From: Eledone cirrhosa
Lineage: Eukaryota
Reading direction: 5' to 3'
Assembly (NCBI GenBank): GCA_964016885.1
Contig: OZ024760.1
Coordinates: forward strand, 3,658,001 to 3,722,000
Length of the DNA: 64,000 nucleotides
The position numbers and the translations under genes are program-made. The notes beneath the pieces were generated by a model. It saw only the letters and a list, made by a program, of their open reading frames with translations, was not told the DNA's origin and ran no database searches. This document shows, piece after piece, positions 45,680-61,077 of the stretch (positions within the stretch are counted from its first letter, which is position 1; each line of letters opens with the position of its first letter).

Positions 45680-45728
<49 letters not shown>

Positions 45729-45759
45729 GTATATATATATGTATATGTATATATATATG

Positions 45760-45792
<33 letters not shown>

Positions 45793-45840
45793 GTATATAT
45801 ATATGTATATATATATATATATATGTATATATAATTATTT

Positions 45841-46535
45841 CGTTTCTGAATTTGTTTAGCAAGATTCTTTATCTGAAATCGTGTGTTGAAACCGATATTG
45901 TTATACTTTGGGAGGGTCATGTTGCCAATAAGAAACACACGCACCAGTTGCTTTCACTTCAATTTAATTTAATATATATTTATAAATTTACAAATTTATA
46001 AATTTCTGGTTGGTTGGTTGGTTCCACAACCAGATAGTTGTTTATATATATATAGTCATAGTTCTTTCGTCACACACTCTGTGACCTCTTCAGTGACTGG
46101 GGATTTCTTTCTTCGTTTCTGTGCCTTTCCTTTCTTTCTTTTCTTCTATCCTACGCCATTTTGTTTGTGTGTGGGTTGCGTGCTCAGTTTGCGCATGCGC
46201 CACATCCGGGTGTCTGTGTGTGTTTGTGTTCATTTTTCTATTTTTCTATTTATATTTGTTTGTTTATTTATTTATTTATTGTTGGTTGGTTGTTTGTTCT
46301 ATGTGTGTGTGTGTTTTCATTTTGTCTTGTGTGTGTTTTCATTTTGTGTGTGTTTTCAATTGTAAGTTGTTTGTTCTATGTGTGTGTGTGTTTTCATTTT
46401 GTCCTTAATTGTAAGTTGTGATGTTAAGTTGTTTGTTCTATGTGTGTGTGTGTTTTCATTTTGTCCTTAATTGTAAGTTGTGATGTTGCTGTTCCACTCA
46501 TATTTTCTATTTAATTTTGGTTTTAATTCTTTTAT
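45841..46535 (-). mobile_element. Solo pseudo-LTR of the 56-60 kb PLE
   Basis: Reverse-complement copy of ~56960-57487: end of GIY-YIG ([21 protein letters not shown]), 3'UTR with internal tandem duplications, HHR and first ~26 codons ([27 protein letters not shown]); (TA)n on both sides. Confidence 0.92.
46054..46098 (-). ncRNA. Type I hammerhead (family D), identical to 57244-57288
   Basis: Minus strand: agtca-CTGAAGA-g-gtcac agagtgt gtgac-GAAA-gaac-TA-tgact. Confidence 0.85.
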
Positions 46536-46557
46536 GCTTACTGCTTGGCTAGAGATT

Positions 46558-46669
<112 letters not shown>

Positions 46670-46725
46670 TATGTGTATATATATATATATATGTATATAT
46701 ATATGTATATATATATATATGTATC

Positions 46726-46758
<33 letters not shown>

Positions 46759-46759
46759 G

Positions 46760-46828
<69 letters not shown>

Positions 46829-46845
46829 GTGTATATATATATATG

Positions 46846-46876
<31 letters not shown>

Positions 46877-46885
46877 GTATATATG

Positions 46886-46936
<51 letters not shown>

Positions 46937-46951
46937 GTATGTATATATATG

Positions 46952-47000
<49 letters not shown>

Positions 47001-47065
47001 GTATATATATATGTATATATATATGTATATATATATATATGTATATATATATATGTATATATATG

Positions 47066-47096
<31 letters not shown>

Positions 47097-47137
47097 GTAT
47101 ATATATGTATATATATATATATATGTATATATATATG

Positions 47138-47182
<45 letters not shown>

Positions 47183-47219
47183 GTATATATATATATGTAT
47201 ATATATATGTATATATATG

Positions 47220-47344
<125 letters not shown>

Positions 47345-47357
47345 GTATATATATATG

Positions 47358-47402
<45 letters not shown>

Positions 47403-47439
47403 GTATATATATATATGTATATATATATGTATATATATG

Positions 47440-47985
<546 letters not shown>

Positions 47986-47994
47986 ATAGATATG

Positions 47995-48028
<34 letters not shown>

Positions 48029-48055
48029 TGTGTGTATATATATATATATATATAC

Positions 48056-48106
<51 letters not shown>

Positions 48107-48109
48107 TAC

Positions 48110-48247
<138 letters not shown>

Positions 48248-48248
48248 G

Positions 48249-48307
<59 letters not shown>

Positions 48308-48312
<5 letters not shown>

Positions 48313-49195
48313 GTATATAAGATTCAATGCGATAAATGTAACAAGTTTTACATAGGTAGCACCATCCGACCCCTACATGTTCGTATCAAGGAACATGTCA
48401 ACACCAACGCATCTTCCTTCCGTAAACACATCCTTAAATGCGGAACCCCACAGGGCAGACCCTTGGTCACAGTCCTAGCGACTGAACGCAGCATCGGATC
48501 TTTAAGGATAAAGGAAGCACTTGTTATTAAGAACCTCAGACCCCACTTAACAACCGGGCTGAGAGAAATAAACTGACATGGCTAATCTAACCATAGTGAC
48601 CAGTAACAGCCCCTACGGCCTACTATCTTTCACACACACGCACTTATATGTATACACATACACATACACACACACATCTATATTTATACACGCACACATG
48701 TTTATACAACCTACCACCTTACACACCCTTTGAATTCCAGCTTCTACGGCCCACTATCTTTCACACACACACACTCACATACATACACATATACACACAC
48801 AGTTACACACATATATATTTACACACACATATTTTACGGCTTTCACGCGCTAGCGCACCCTATTGATCTAACCCAATTGGTCAGTAGCTTTTGCCACAGC
48901 CTATCACGCGCACGCGCACTCTTTCCCTCGTTTGAATTTTCCCCATAACGGCATTCCTATGTTTTAACGACAATACAACAACTTTCTCCGGCTTAGCCTG
49001 TTCCCCCCCTTTTGGAACTTTGCCCCCGTTGATGGGCGTGAGCCCGAAATATTGGGATTAAATCTCCACTACGGTAATCCTTCTACCTTTGTTTTGTTTT
49101 CGTTTCTCTCATTTTTCACTTTTCTCCTATTTCTTACTCACTTCCTACCTCGAGATTTCCCATCTGCATTGTTGTGGCTTTCTAAACTACATATT
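48308..49195 (+). mobile_element. 5'-truncated PLE: GIY-YIG endonuclease fragment, 3'UTR and degenerate hammerhead
   Basis: [29 protein letters not shown]...[14 protein letters not shown] (48308-48576); ccc-CCGTTGA-t-gggc gtga gccc-GAAA-ta-TT-ggga at ~49023-49057. Confidence 0.85.
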
Positions 49196-49198
49196 TTG

Positions 49199-49231
<33 letters not shown>

Positions 49232-49234
49232 GTG

Positions 49235-49324
<90 letters not shown>

Positions 49325-49325
49325 C

Positions 49326-49360
<35 letters not shown>

Positions 49361-49731
49361 GTGTCTCGGTGCTTTCTGTTCTTCCTTTGAACAGTTGTCC
49401 ACTGGTCCCTCTGCGCTTGGTTCTCCTTCGGAAGGTGATTTAGCTTTTCACCTTTGCCCTTTGCTTGTTGGTTGCCCGGCCTGCCCTCCCTGCCTGTAGC
49501 GGAGGGTATATCATTTTCTTTCAGGTCCGTGCTTGTGCTCTCCTCCTTTTCTTTTTCCTTTTCCTTCTCTTTCTCCTCATCCCTCTCTTCGGTTTTCTCC
49601 TCCCTGAGGATACGGCTTAGCATCGCCATATGTGGCGCTATGAGGACATACGCCTTCTCAATTTCTTTTCTCTTTCTCATTATCTGTGCCAGGGTCCTCA
49701 GAAACCCATGGCTTTTCAGGTTCTCCGCCAT
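49361..49731 (-). other. Isolated ~124-codon open frame, possibly LINE ORF1 N-terminus
   Basis: ATG in AAGATGGCG context, charged EK-rich segment, [11 protein letters not shown] motif reminiscent of non-LTR ORF1 N-termini; (TA)n both sides. Confidence 0.45.
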
Positions 49732-49737
49732 CTTTTT

Positions 49738-49814
<77 letters not shown>

Positions 49815-52812
49815 CGTAAAATAAGAAAATTAAAAAAAAAAATTTTTTTAATTAACTTCCTTACTTAAATTTTCACTCCAACTAATTAGTTTCTGCAATG
49901 GGATAAAGACAGTTACGTAATGAACTGTTGAGAATTTCATTGCGTCATCAGGGAGGTCTATTCTCAGCCAAGTCTCCAGTCAATGCGCGGACACTGGGGA
50001 CTCATTTAAAAATAATAATAATTCGGTAAATGGAACAGCTATCGGGGACTGGATTCCAAGCACTGAAAATTCTCGCTGCCACTGGTCAAATGGCCGATTC
50101 TAAAGAATCAATCACGTGACACTGAGGCTAGTCGGTAGGAGTGGGATGGTAAGATGACAGACGCCTACTAACACCCCAAAAAAATTTAGTAGTGGTTTTG
50201 GCAGGTTTGCTCGACAAATCAGTGATTATTGTTCTGCATCCTCCTGCATTGAACCACCTAGGTACTATGACATAACCTGTGTATTTGCTGGCATTATTTC
50301 TACAATTCGATATAGATGCTTATTATTCCTCTATATCACCTATACTCCTGAACAAAGCCTTGATATTTGCCAAAAATAGATCTAACTTAACTATGGATGA
50401 CAATATTATCACACATGCTAGACAAACACTACTGGAATTTCAGAAAGAATACTGGACCAGAAACACATATAGTAATCTATTCGACATTACTATGGGCTCC
50501 AGTGATTCTGCCCAAATTACTGATCTTGTGGGCCTCTTTCTTCTATTTAACATAAATGCTTCTTTTCCCCACCTTAAAGGTGGTTTGTATCGTGACGACT
50601 GTCTTCTTCTTTCCAATAACCTTAGCCTATCAGAAATTGAAAAAATAAAAAACTTATTAGAACTTTCCTCAAAGACTATTATAGTCTCGATATTACATTT
50701 GAAAACACAAGTAAAGTAGTTAATTTTCTTGATATAACATTAGACTTATCTACGGGTATCTACCAACCTTACCATAAACCTAACCAAAACTTACATTACA
50801 TACTCACAATCTAATCACCCTAAATCTATCCTTAAAAACCTAGCATATAATATCTCACTCAGAATTTCTAACCTTTCGTCTAACCAGGATGTATTTGATA
50901 AAAATGCGACCTTTTATAACGAAGCTTTAGCTAGAAGCGGCCACAAAAACAAATTAGTATATAAACCTTGTACCAATAAGACTACAAACATACAACCCAA
51001 TATTACCAACAAACACCAAATGAAATATACACACCTAAATGCCACTCACACTATACTCAAAAATACCAACATAAAACTTAATTTATCTAACTCTTCTAAT
51101 TTACAATATAGTAACTTTCAAAAAACCATTCATCCTAATAGTCCAATATATGTTAATAACAAAATTCCTAATAAACAGGCTAAAACACCTAAATCAATGA
51201 ATCTAACTAAAAATATGTGTAATAAAATCACTAATACTAATTCTCTTAATAAACATCAGGATACATCCTATAAAAATAATAAACAACATCGAAACTAATA
51301 GACGAGTTACTTGGTATAATGCTCCATTTAATCTACAAATTAAAGATAATATACCTAAAAATTTTTTTACTATCCTAGAGAAATACTTCCCGCCAAACCA
51401 TAAATACCATCAAATTTTAAATAGATCAACGGTTAAATTCTCCTACTCAACAACCAAAAACATACAACAAAATATAAGTGCCTACAATGCATATAAATGT
51501 AAAAAAATCATGAATATACCACCAATACATCAAACTAACCATAATACTAAAATAAACCACAGCAAACCACCATCTCATTCACATACAACAAGTCGAGAAA
51601 ATTCCACACCTAATTTGACTATCTCCTCTGATACAACATTCACGAAAGGTTGTAACTGTAGAAACAAAGCAAATTACTCATTAAAAGGAAATTGCCTTAT
51701 TAATAACATAGTATATAAATGTAAAATTAACACTAAGGACTCAACTTATTCATATATAGGAGCTACTTCTAACCAATTTAAAGTAAGATTTAATACCCAC
51801 AAACACAGTTTTAAAAATGCCGCATTAGCTAATACAACATCCTTAGCTGAAATAATTAATAATTATAGAAAAAGGAATATAGATTATAACCTGACCCGGA
51901 GTGTGCTCAAAAGGGCAACCCCTTATCAAAATAATAGATATGAATGTAGATTATGTTCCCAGGAACTTTTTGAAATAATGAAATCTAAGGATATCCTATT
52001 AAATAAGCGACAGGAATTAATTATATCATGTAATCATAAAATGAGAAGAACTTTTAAATATTATAAACCTAATTAATATACACTTTACAAATTATTATAA
52101 TAACACCTTTTTTAAATTAGTTAACCTATAATTAATATTCTACTACTAATGAACTACATAATTTTATTTCCCTTTTACAGCTATCATTTCCTAAAATTTA
52201 TACCAATAAGTATGCATATAAACTATTTTAATTTCAGGTTATGAATCTATATTCCTTATAATCTATATAAATTTGTTATTTCTCACTAATACCCCCGTCC
52301 CCAATAATAATAATTATTATTTTTTTTATTTTCCCTTCGTTTTTAACAGCATTCTTCAATTACATCTAACTCTTATTTATCATATCTTAATGAATTAATA
52401 TAAATTTATCAATATAAATATACCTATCAATTTAATTAATTTATTTCCTTTTATAAATGTAAATTCCTTATGTTTTAAATAAGATTGATATTTTTCACTA
52501 ACACATTTATCGTAAAATTGTATTCTCCTTAGATATTTACATTAGCATTGTTCTTTTATAACATGAAATTTTCGTGTACCTTTTACCGACTATTTTCATC
52601 CCCAAAATAATCTATTCATTCAATATACTCTTTCCATTCAAAACTGAAACCTGCTTTCCTCTACCCCTAAATTAAAGTTCCATTACTACTATTCTACCAT
52701 CTTGACCACTTACTACCTTTCTATTGGTCAATTCAAAACCTGTTCCCAAACAGACCTATTATATTAAATCTTTGTTGGTTTTTTCAATAAACACATATCA
52801 TTATTTCTGAAG

Positions 52813-52862
52813 TAACAGTAATGTACTGGGTCATTGCTGGTCTTGTGCCAAAAGTAGAAACA
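52813..52862 (+). mobile_element. 50-bp SINE 3' end inserted at the hammerhead core, 13-bp TSD
   Basis: TSD ATTATTTCTGAAG at 52800-52812 and 52863-52875; absent from homolog at 61165-61185. Confidence 0.88.
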
Positions 52863-52996
52863 ATTATTTCTGAAGACAGCATATATATGTGTAGGTATAT
52901 ATATTCCCTCTGATAGTTTGTAAAAATTTTACATAGATCTATATGATATACATACCAACACACACATATATATCCTAGAAACGATCGTAAAATGAT
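52863..52996 (+). ncRNA. Type I hammerhead with ~100-nt stem II domain (family H)
   Basis: attattt-CTGAAGA-(101 nt)-GAAA-cgatcg-TA-aaatgat. Confidence 0.68.
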
Positions 52997-53045
52997 GAAT
53001 TTTTAATATACGGAACTGTTCCTTTGTTTTTCATTATTTTTATTA

Positions 53046-53104
<59 letters not shown>

Positions 53105-53113
53105 CATACATAC

Positions 53114-53218
<105 letters not shown>

Positions 53219-53256
53219 CATATATATATATATATATACTTATATATATATATATA

Positions 53257-53315
<59 letters not shown>

Positions 53316-53454
53316 TTATATATATATATATATATATATACTTATATATATATATATACTTATATATATATATATACTTATATATATATATACTTATATA
53401 TATATAAGTATATATATATATATAAGTATATATACTTATATATATATATATATA

Positions 53455-53495
<41 letters not shown>

Positions 53496-53855
53496 TTATA
53501 TATATGTATATATATATATTTATATATATATTTACTTATATATATATATATATATATATATATTACTTATATATATATATATACTTATATATATATATGT
53601 ATTTACTTATATATATATATATATTTACTTATATATGTATATATACTTATATATATATATATATACTTATATATATATATATATATACTTATATATATAC
53701 TTATATATATATATATATATACTTATATATATATATATATACTTATATATATATATATATATATATATACTTATATATATATATACTTATATATATATAT
53801 ATACTTATATATATATATACTTATATATATATATATATACTTATATATATATATA

Positions 53856-53887
<32 letters not shown>

Positions 53888-53905
53888 CTTATATATATAT
53901 ATATA

Positions 53906-53942
<37 letters not shown>

Positions 53943-54059
53943 TTATATATATATATATATACTTATATATATATATATATATACTTATATATATATATAC
54001 TTATATATATATACTTATATATATATATATATATACTTATATATATATATATATATATA

Positions 54060-54138
<79 letters not shown>

Positions 54139-54143
54139 GTATA

Positions 54144-54210
<67 letters not shown>

Positions 54211-54271
54211 TTATATATATATATATATATATATACATATATATACATATATATATATATTAGTCCAGAAT

Positions 54272-54308
54272 TAGCCGCCGAAACGGCTTGAGCACAGCCG
54301 TCGGGGTC
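54272..54308 (+). ncRNA. 3' half-hammerhead motif (family G) between two kb-scale (TA)n arrays
   Basis: tagccgcc-GAAA-cggct tgagcac agccg-TC-ggggtc. Confidence 0.55.
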
Positions 54309-54317
54309 CTACTCGTT

Positions 54318-54357
<40 letters not shown>

Positions 54358-54422
54358 TATACATACATATATATACATATATATATATATATACATATCT
54401 ATATATATACATATATATAGAC

Positions 54423-54479
<57 letters not shown>

Positions 54480-54536
54480 CATATATATATACATATATAT
54501 ATATACATATATATATATATACATATATATATATAC

Positions 54537-54621
<85 letters not shown>

Positions 54622-54628
54622 TATATAC

Positions 54629-54661
<33 letters not shown>

Positions 54662-54742
54662 CATATATATGTATATATATATACATATATATACATATAT
54701 ATATATATACACATATATATATATATATATACATATATATAC

Positions 54743-54773
<31 letters not shown>

Positions 54774-54779
54774 GATATA

Positions 54780-54927
<148 letters not shown>

Positions 54928-55060
54928 CATATATATATACATATATATATATATACACATATATATATATACATATATATATATACATATATACATATAT
55001 ATAAATACATATATATATATATACATACATACATATATATATATACATATATATATATAC

Positions 55061-55091
<31 letters not shown>

Positions 55092-55148
55092 CATATATAT
55101 ATATACATATATATATATATACATATATATATACATATATATATATAC

Positions 55149-55205
<57 letters not shown>

Positions 55206-55222
55206 CATATATATATATATAC

Positions 55223-55295
<73 letters not shown>

Positions 55296-55536
55296 CATAT
55301 ATATATATACATATATATATATATACATGTATATATATATATATATGTATATATGCATATATATATATGTGTATATATATATATACATATATATACATAT
55401 ATATATGTATATATATACATATATATATATACATATATATATATATACATATATATATGTATATATATACATATATATATATACATATATATATATATAC
55501 ATATATATATATACACATATATATATATATACATAC

Positions 55537-55581
<45 letters not shown>

Positions 55582-55664
55582 CATATATATATACATATAT
55601 ATTTACATATATATATATATATATATACATATATATATACATATATATATACATATATATATAC

Positions 55665-55709
<45 letters not shown>

Positions 55710-55757
55710 CATATATATATACATATATATATATATATACATATATATACTTATATA

Positions 55758-55921
<164 letters not shown>

Positions 55922-55934
55922 CATATATATATAC

Positions 55935-55970
<36 letters not shown>

Positions 55971-56112
55971 TTATTAAAATAACAGATTAAAGTTTAAGCA
56001 AAGAATCGCTGCTTTCACCCTTAACAGGATCTTCTGAAACTAACCCTTCAATTTTATTATTATTATTATTACTATACATATACATACATATATATATATA
56101 TATATGTGTATA

Positions 56113-56270
<158 letters not shown>

Positions 56271-56417
56271 TATTGTTATACTTTGGGAGGGTCATGTTGC
56301 CAATAAGAAACACACGCACCAGCTGCTTTCACTTCAATTTATTATAATAAATTTATAATAAATTTATAAATTTATAAATTTCGGGTTGGCTGGTTGGTTC
56401 CACAACCAGATAGTTGT

Positions 56418-57043
56418 ATCGGAGCAAATTTTGGAATAGAATAGAAAGAACTAGGAACAGGGCTAATAGAATAAACTCATGGTATGATAGCAATAAATAC
56501 CAGAGTGTAATGTTCATCGATACAACCCCTAGAGGTGAATTAGCTTACACATTTAGAAGGGCCCTAAATAAACATAAACTCAATATTAAGATAGTAGAAA
56601 GACCAGGTACCTCCGTAAAAACACTTATTAGCAAGACATACCCTTTTCAAAGACCCTCATGTATAGAAAAGAAATGTATAACCTGTAAAATAAGCCCCCA
56701 TATTAACTGTAAAACTAGAAATGTAGTGTATAGCATAAGATGTACTGAAGGACAATGTAGAGACAAAAATATAGTGTACATAGGTGAGACAGCTCGTAGT
56801 GTAGGGGAACGGATAAATGAACACTGGCGAGACCTTCAAGATAATAAAGAATCATCTGTACTCTACCAACATGCTAAAATAGAACACAACGGTAAATTAG
56901 AGAACATAGAAATAAAAATAGAATCTACACACAGAAAAGACGCAATGTTTAGACAAATTACAGAGGCAATAAACATAAAAGAATTACAACCAAAATTAAA
57001 TAGAAAATATGAGTGGAACAGCAACATCACAACTTACAATTAA
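56418..57043 (+). CDS. PLE C-terminal linker and GIY-YIG endonuclease (5'-truncated, open frame)
   Basis: Cx4Cx2C linker, NVVYSIRC..C..VYIGETARSVGERINEH..QH...H..RQITEA..QPKLN. Confidence 0.9.
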
Positions 57044-57243
57044 GGACAAAATGAAAACACACACACACATAGAACAAACAACCAACCAGTAACATGTAAA
57101 TAAACAAATAAATAAATGAACATAAACACACACAGTCACCCGGATGTGGCGCATGCGCAGACTGAGCACACAACACACACACAGAATCAAAATGGCGTAG
57201 GACAGAACAAAGGAGAAGCACAGAAACAAAGAAAGGAATCCCC

Positions 57244-57288
57244 AGTCACTGAAGAGGTCACAGAGTGTGTGACGAAAGAACTATGACT
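57244..57288 (+). ncRNA. Type I hammerhead (family D) in PLE pseudo-LTR
   Basis: agtca-CTGAAGA-g-gtcac agagtgt gtgac-GAAA-gaac-TA-tgact; ~120 nt upstream of the ORF ATG. Confidence 0.88.
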
Positions 57289-57407
57289 ATATATAAACAA
57301 CTATCTGGTTGTGGAACCAACCAACCAACCAGAAATTTATAAATTTATAAATTTATTATAATAAATTGAAGTGAAAGCAACTGGTGCGTGTGTTTCTTAT
57401 TGGCAAC

Positions 57408-60310
57408 ATGACCCTCCCAAAGTATAACAATATCGGTTTCAACACACGATTTCAGATAAAGAATCTTGCTAAACAAATTCAGAAACGACATATCCTAAGC
57501 CTTAGCCAGGCTAACAAGATACTGAAAACCACCATGTTCTGTTGTCTACGAAAAACCATAACATCTCGACAACTACACTTCATAAAAGAATGTGCCTCAT
57601 CCCGTGTTTACACCAACATCATCAACACCGACGTTAGAAGATTACAACTCACCAAAAAACAAGCAGATAGGCTAAAACGAACCTTAATTCTAAACATAAA
57701 AAAGAAGATCTATAGAGAATTAAGTCATCAAGAAAAACATAAGCGTAACCTAATACAAGAAATAGCTAGGATTACCACACCAAGAGAGAAACTAATATTT
57801 ATAAGCCTTATACGCCCTGAAGAACAGTACATTACTCAAGAATGTGATAAGCACTTTAACAAGAAACTAAAGTGGCTTAAGCAGATAAAGCTAAATCAGG
57901 ATACTATAGAGAATACCAATAGATATCCCGACAAAATTGACGGTATAAATATGGCCGACACCTCATTAACAGAAGAGTTCAACAACAACAACAACACAAA
58001 TATATACGGCAACACAATAATAGATGACGATGAATTATCTGCATTACAACTTCCACCTAAGTATGCGACATTCAAGAAGGTAAATATGATTAGTTGTCTG
58101 TCAGAAATAGAAAAATCATTTACAAAACTACGCTGGAGCTTCAAAAACAAAAACAAAAACAACAATATACGCACACACATATACAACACACATCCCAACA
58201 ACAACAGACACACAGACACAAACAACAATAACAACAACACACACACCAACAACAACAACAATAACAACATACCCAGAAACAACAACAACAGACACGCAGA
58301 CACAAACAACAATAACACACACGGAGACAACAACACACATCAACAACAGCACACATCAACAACAACAACACACACCCATTCAATGCCTCTCACCACCACC
58401 ACAATCTTAACAAACACACAGACACAGAAAACAAGTAATGACAGTAGCACAGAAATTACAGAAATAAGGGAAAGTAATAGGATTAAAAAGAGAAGGGAGA
58501 CTACGGACAAAGAGAATAACCAAGACGAACACACAGACCCACAAAATAGGGTAGATAACAACAATGAGCCAGTGGAAAGAGACAGGAGTAATTGTGAGAG
58601 ACATAGAAACAACCATGAGGCTGTTGGTGGAAATAGAAATAGAAACAACACAACTAACAATAACAATAGCACTAGTACACATAAAGCAGCAGCCTGGAAC
58701 TCTACGTTTTATAATCCCTCCAATAAATCATTCGACCTGCGACGAGTCAACGCCACGACTTTACCATTTAACAAACGCACGCAATTGCCGTCGCAAGTCG
58801 ATGAACAAACAGAAGCACAATTTAGTATAGCTAGATCCGAACTTAGAAATATTATAGAACAGTATAGCAAGCATAATAGAATGGAGGCCCAGCAACTGGG
58901 AGAAAGATCTGCAAATGGCTTGCGTAAGCTCATGCAGCGCTCACGTAATGGAGAGATAGCATGCTTTCCAACAGACAAGTCTGGTAGAATGTCGGTTGAC
59001 AGCCTGCCAAACTACATCCAGGCAATGCAACCCCACATCACTAACACAAGAGAGGTAACACCACAGGAGCATGAGGATAGAGAAAAAGCCCTCAATGCCC
59101 ATATGGTGATGTGGACGAATATAATGCAACCCAACAAAAGGACTGCCAACAACTTCCAGGCCTGGAACAATGACGTGCGGGCGTTGTATGGACTTCGTAA
59201 AGACCATAAAACGGGCTGTGACCCTGTCGCGGGACCACCAACACGGCCAGTCTGTGGAGCTAACATTGCTAGTAACTACAGACTGTCCTACTTCCTCTCC
59301 CTGATTATACGCCCCATCATTGAAATGTCCCCAGATGTATGTGACAGCACGGAGGACCTCCTCAGCAGAATCGGCATGAGTAACCGATCTGGGGACCTAA
59401 CAAACTGCATAATAGGCAGTATGGGATGTTGTGTCCCTGTATCCATCTATTGACGTGGATTTTGCTGTGGAGAAATGCGTCGAAATGATCAGTGAGAGCA
59501 AGGTTGAGTTCCGTGGGATTGATACCTGTGAGCTGGGACTCCTACTTAAGCTTACCTATAGTAATAATTACCTAGACACATATGACCTTAGCAACCTGTG
59601 CCTACAAGACCAGCAAGAGGCAGACCACCTACCATTACCTCAATGGCCAAGAAAACCCACGCAGATAGATGGAACGGGTGGACCAGAGCATACGGACACC
59701 CGAAAACCACGATGAACTGAAGAAAATGATTGCACATGCGGTAGGGCCAGCATAAAACTAACCCTTAAGGAACATATGTTCAAATTTAATGGAAAAACAT
59801 ATGCCAAAGAGGAAGGAGCAGCCATTGGTGTTAGCATTGCAGGCGACATAGCTAACTTATTCATGGTATGGTGGGACAGTAGACTTAAACTTAAACTTAA
59901 AGAACAATTAGAAGACCCCTTAACCCTGATAATGTACTCCTACTACGTTGATGATATAAACATCGTAGTTAAGACACCCCCACTAGAGAACAGTCAGGAA
60001 CTAGAGAAAAACACAATGGAAAGCATCCAGCAAATAGCTAACTCCATCCACCAGAGCATTAGAGTTACTATAGACTACCCAAGTAAACACCCCAACCATC
60101 GATTACCTGTACTAGACACAGAGCTCTGGTTAGATACCATTAACAACAAAAAACAAATCCTCCATTCCCATTATGCAAACCCATGCCGTTTCGGACCATA
60201 CAAAATCAACATACTGATTGCGGATTTGGTTCGGGTGATGAGAACGTGTCCCGCATGTGCAACCCCGAAGAACTAGAGAGACACATACAGCACTTCATCC
60301 ACCGTTTTGA
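57408..60310 (+). pseudogene. PLE ORF: N-terminal domain with Asn/His/Thr-rich insert and reverse transcriptase; frameshifts after ~59430
   Basis: LQLPPKYA, PTDKSGRM, LYGLRKDHK, PPTRPVCGA, SLYPSID, FKFNGKTY..EGAAIG..GDIANLFM, YYVDD, LPVLDTELW. Confidence 0.92.
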
Positions 60311-60654
60311 TTTTGCAGCAGGTCAAGGGAGGTAACTCTGGCGGTGTTAGGGCAGTCTTTCCCGGACAAATTTTTTTTTTTTTTTTTTTTTTGCCGCATC
60401 CGTTTGTCTGAGGCTGGGTCTGGTATGCAAGGATTGTTTTCTGGGTGTTATTTTGCAGCGCCTGCCCTCCGGGGTGTTAAGACTTGTTGCAGGAGATCCA
60501 GTGTACTATTTCACTCTTCATCCTTAACCCATCTGAAGAAGGATGTTTTTAAGCGATGTGTACAACTTATCGCTATTTCAGCTCTGCTGTTGATGAGCTC
60601 GTGGGGTGCAGTTATGATGTGGTAGAGCTCCATGAGGCAAAGATCGCATGTATG

Positions 60655-60686
<32 letters not shown>

Positions 60687-61077
60687 CATATATAGACCCC
60701 CTTACCCACTTCTGCATTTGGATGTAAAAATATATGTGGCAGTGTTTATATGTGCGCCTAAATATCCATATAGTTATAATAATAATATATACATATATGT
60801 GTGTGTGTGTGTGTGTATGTTCGTGGGTATGTGTATATTTGTGTGTATATGCGCGTGTGTGTGTGAATGTGTATATATATGTGTGTATATATAAATCTAT
60901 ATGTTTATATGCGTATGTGTATTTTATCTGTAGATTATAAACATACAGAGACATTAGCCTGAATTTTTGTATTTACATACATTTTTCAACATGCGTATGC
61001 ATGTGAACATATATCTTTATGCATATCTGTGAACGAAGTTACTTACATATATACACACACCTAACTGTATTTTCTTG

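Larger units (their letters stand above)
50290..53045 (+). mobile_element. 5'-truncated Penelope-like element (RT, Asn-rich inserts, CxC linker, C-terminal GIY-YIG, long 3'UTR, HHR); frameshifted
   Basis: RT motifs FDIDAYYSSI, FDITMGSSDSAQITDLVG, GLYRDD; thumb WYNAPF..FPPNH..NRSTVKFSYS; GCNCR..GNC..IVYKC..YIGAT..FKVRFNTH; stop at 52076. Confidence 0.93.
56272..60310 (+). mobile_element. Penelope-like element, partial tandem with inverted 5' pLTR piece
   Basis: Inverted pLTR fragment 56272-56417 (reverse complement of ~57297-57432), GIY-YIG end of copy 1, 3'UTR with HHR, then ORF of copy 2 truncated in the RT thumb. Confidence 0.93.

Noticed and set aside
49925-49958. Minus-strand CTGATGA-cgcaat-GAAA
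   Set aside because: Stem II collapsed and stem I unpaired.
55975-56045. Hammerhead-like remnant on minus strand (related pieces at ~28940-28990, ~32730-32770, ~22090)
   Set aside because: Repeat family looks real, but the core reads CAGAAGA and stems I and III could not be paired.
56418-60310. Permuted PLE with N-terminal GIY-YIG (Naiad/Chlamys type)
   Set aside because: EN ends in a stop and is separated from the RT ORF by a 3'UTR and hammerhead; the solo pLTR at 45841-46535 shows this is a tandem junction of a C-terminal-EN element.
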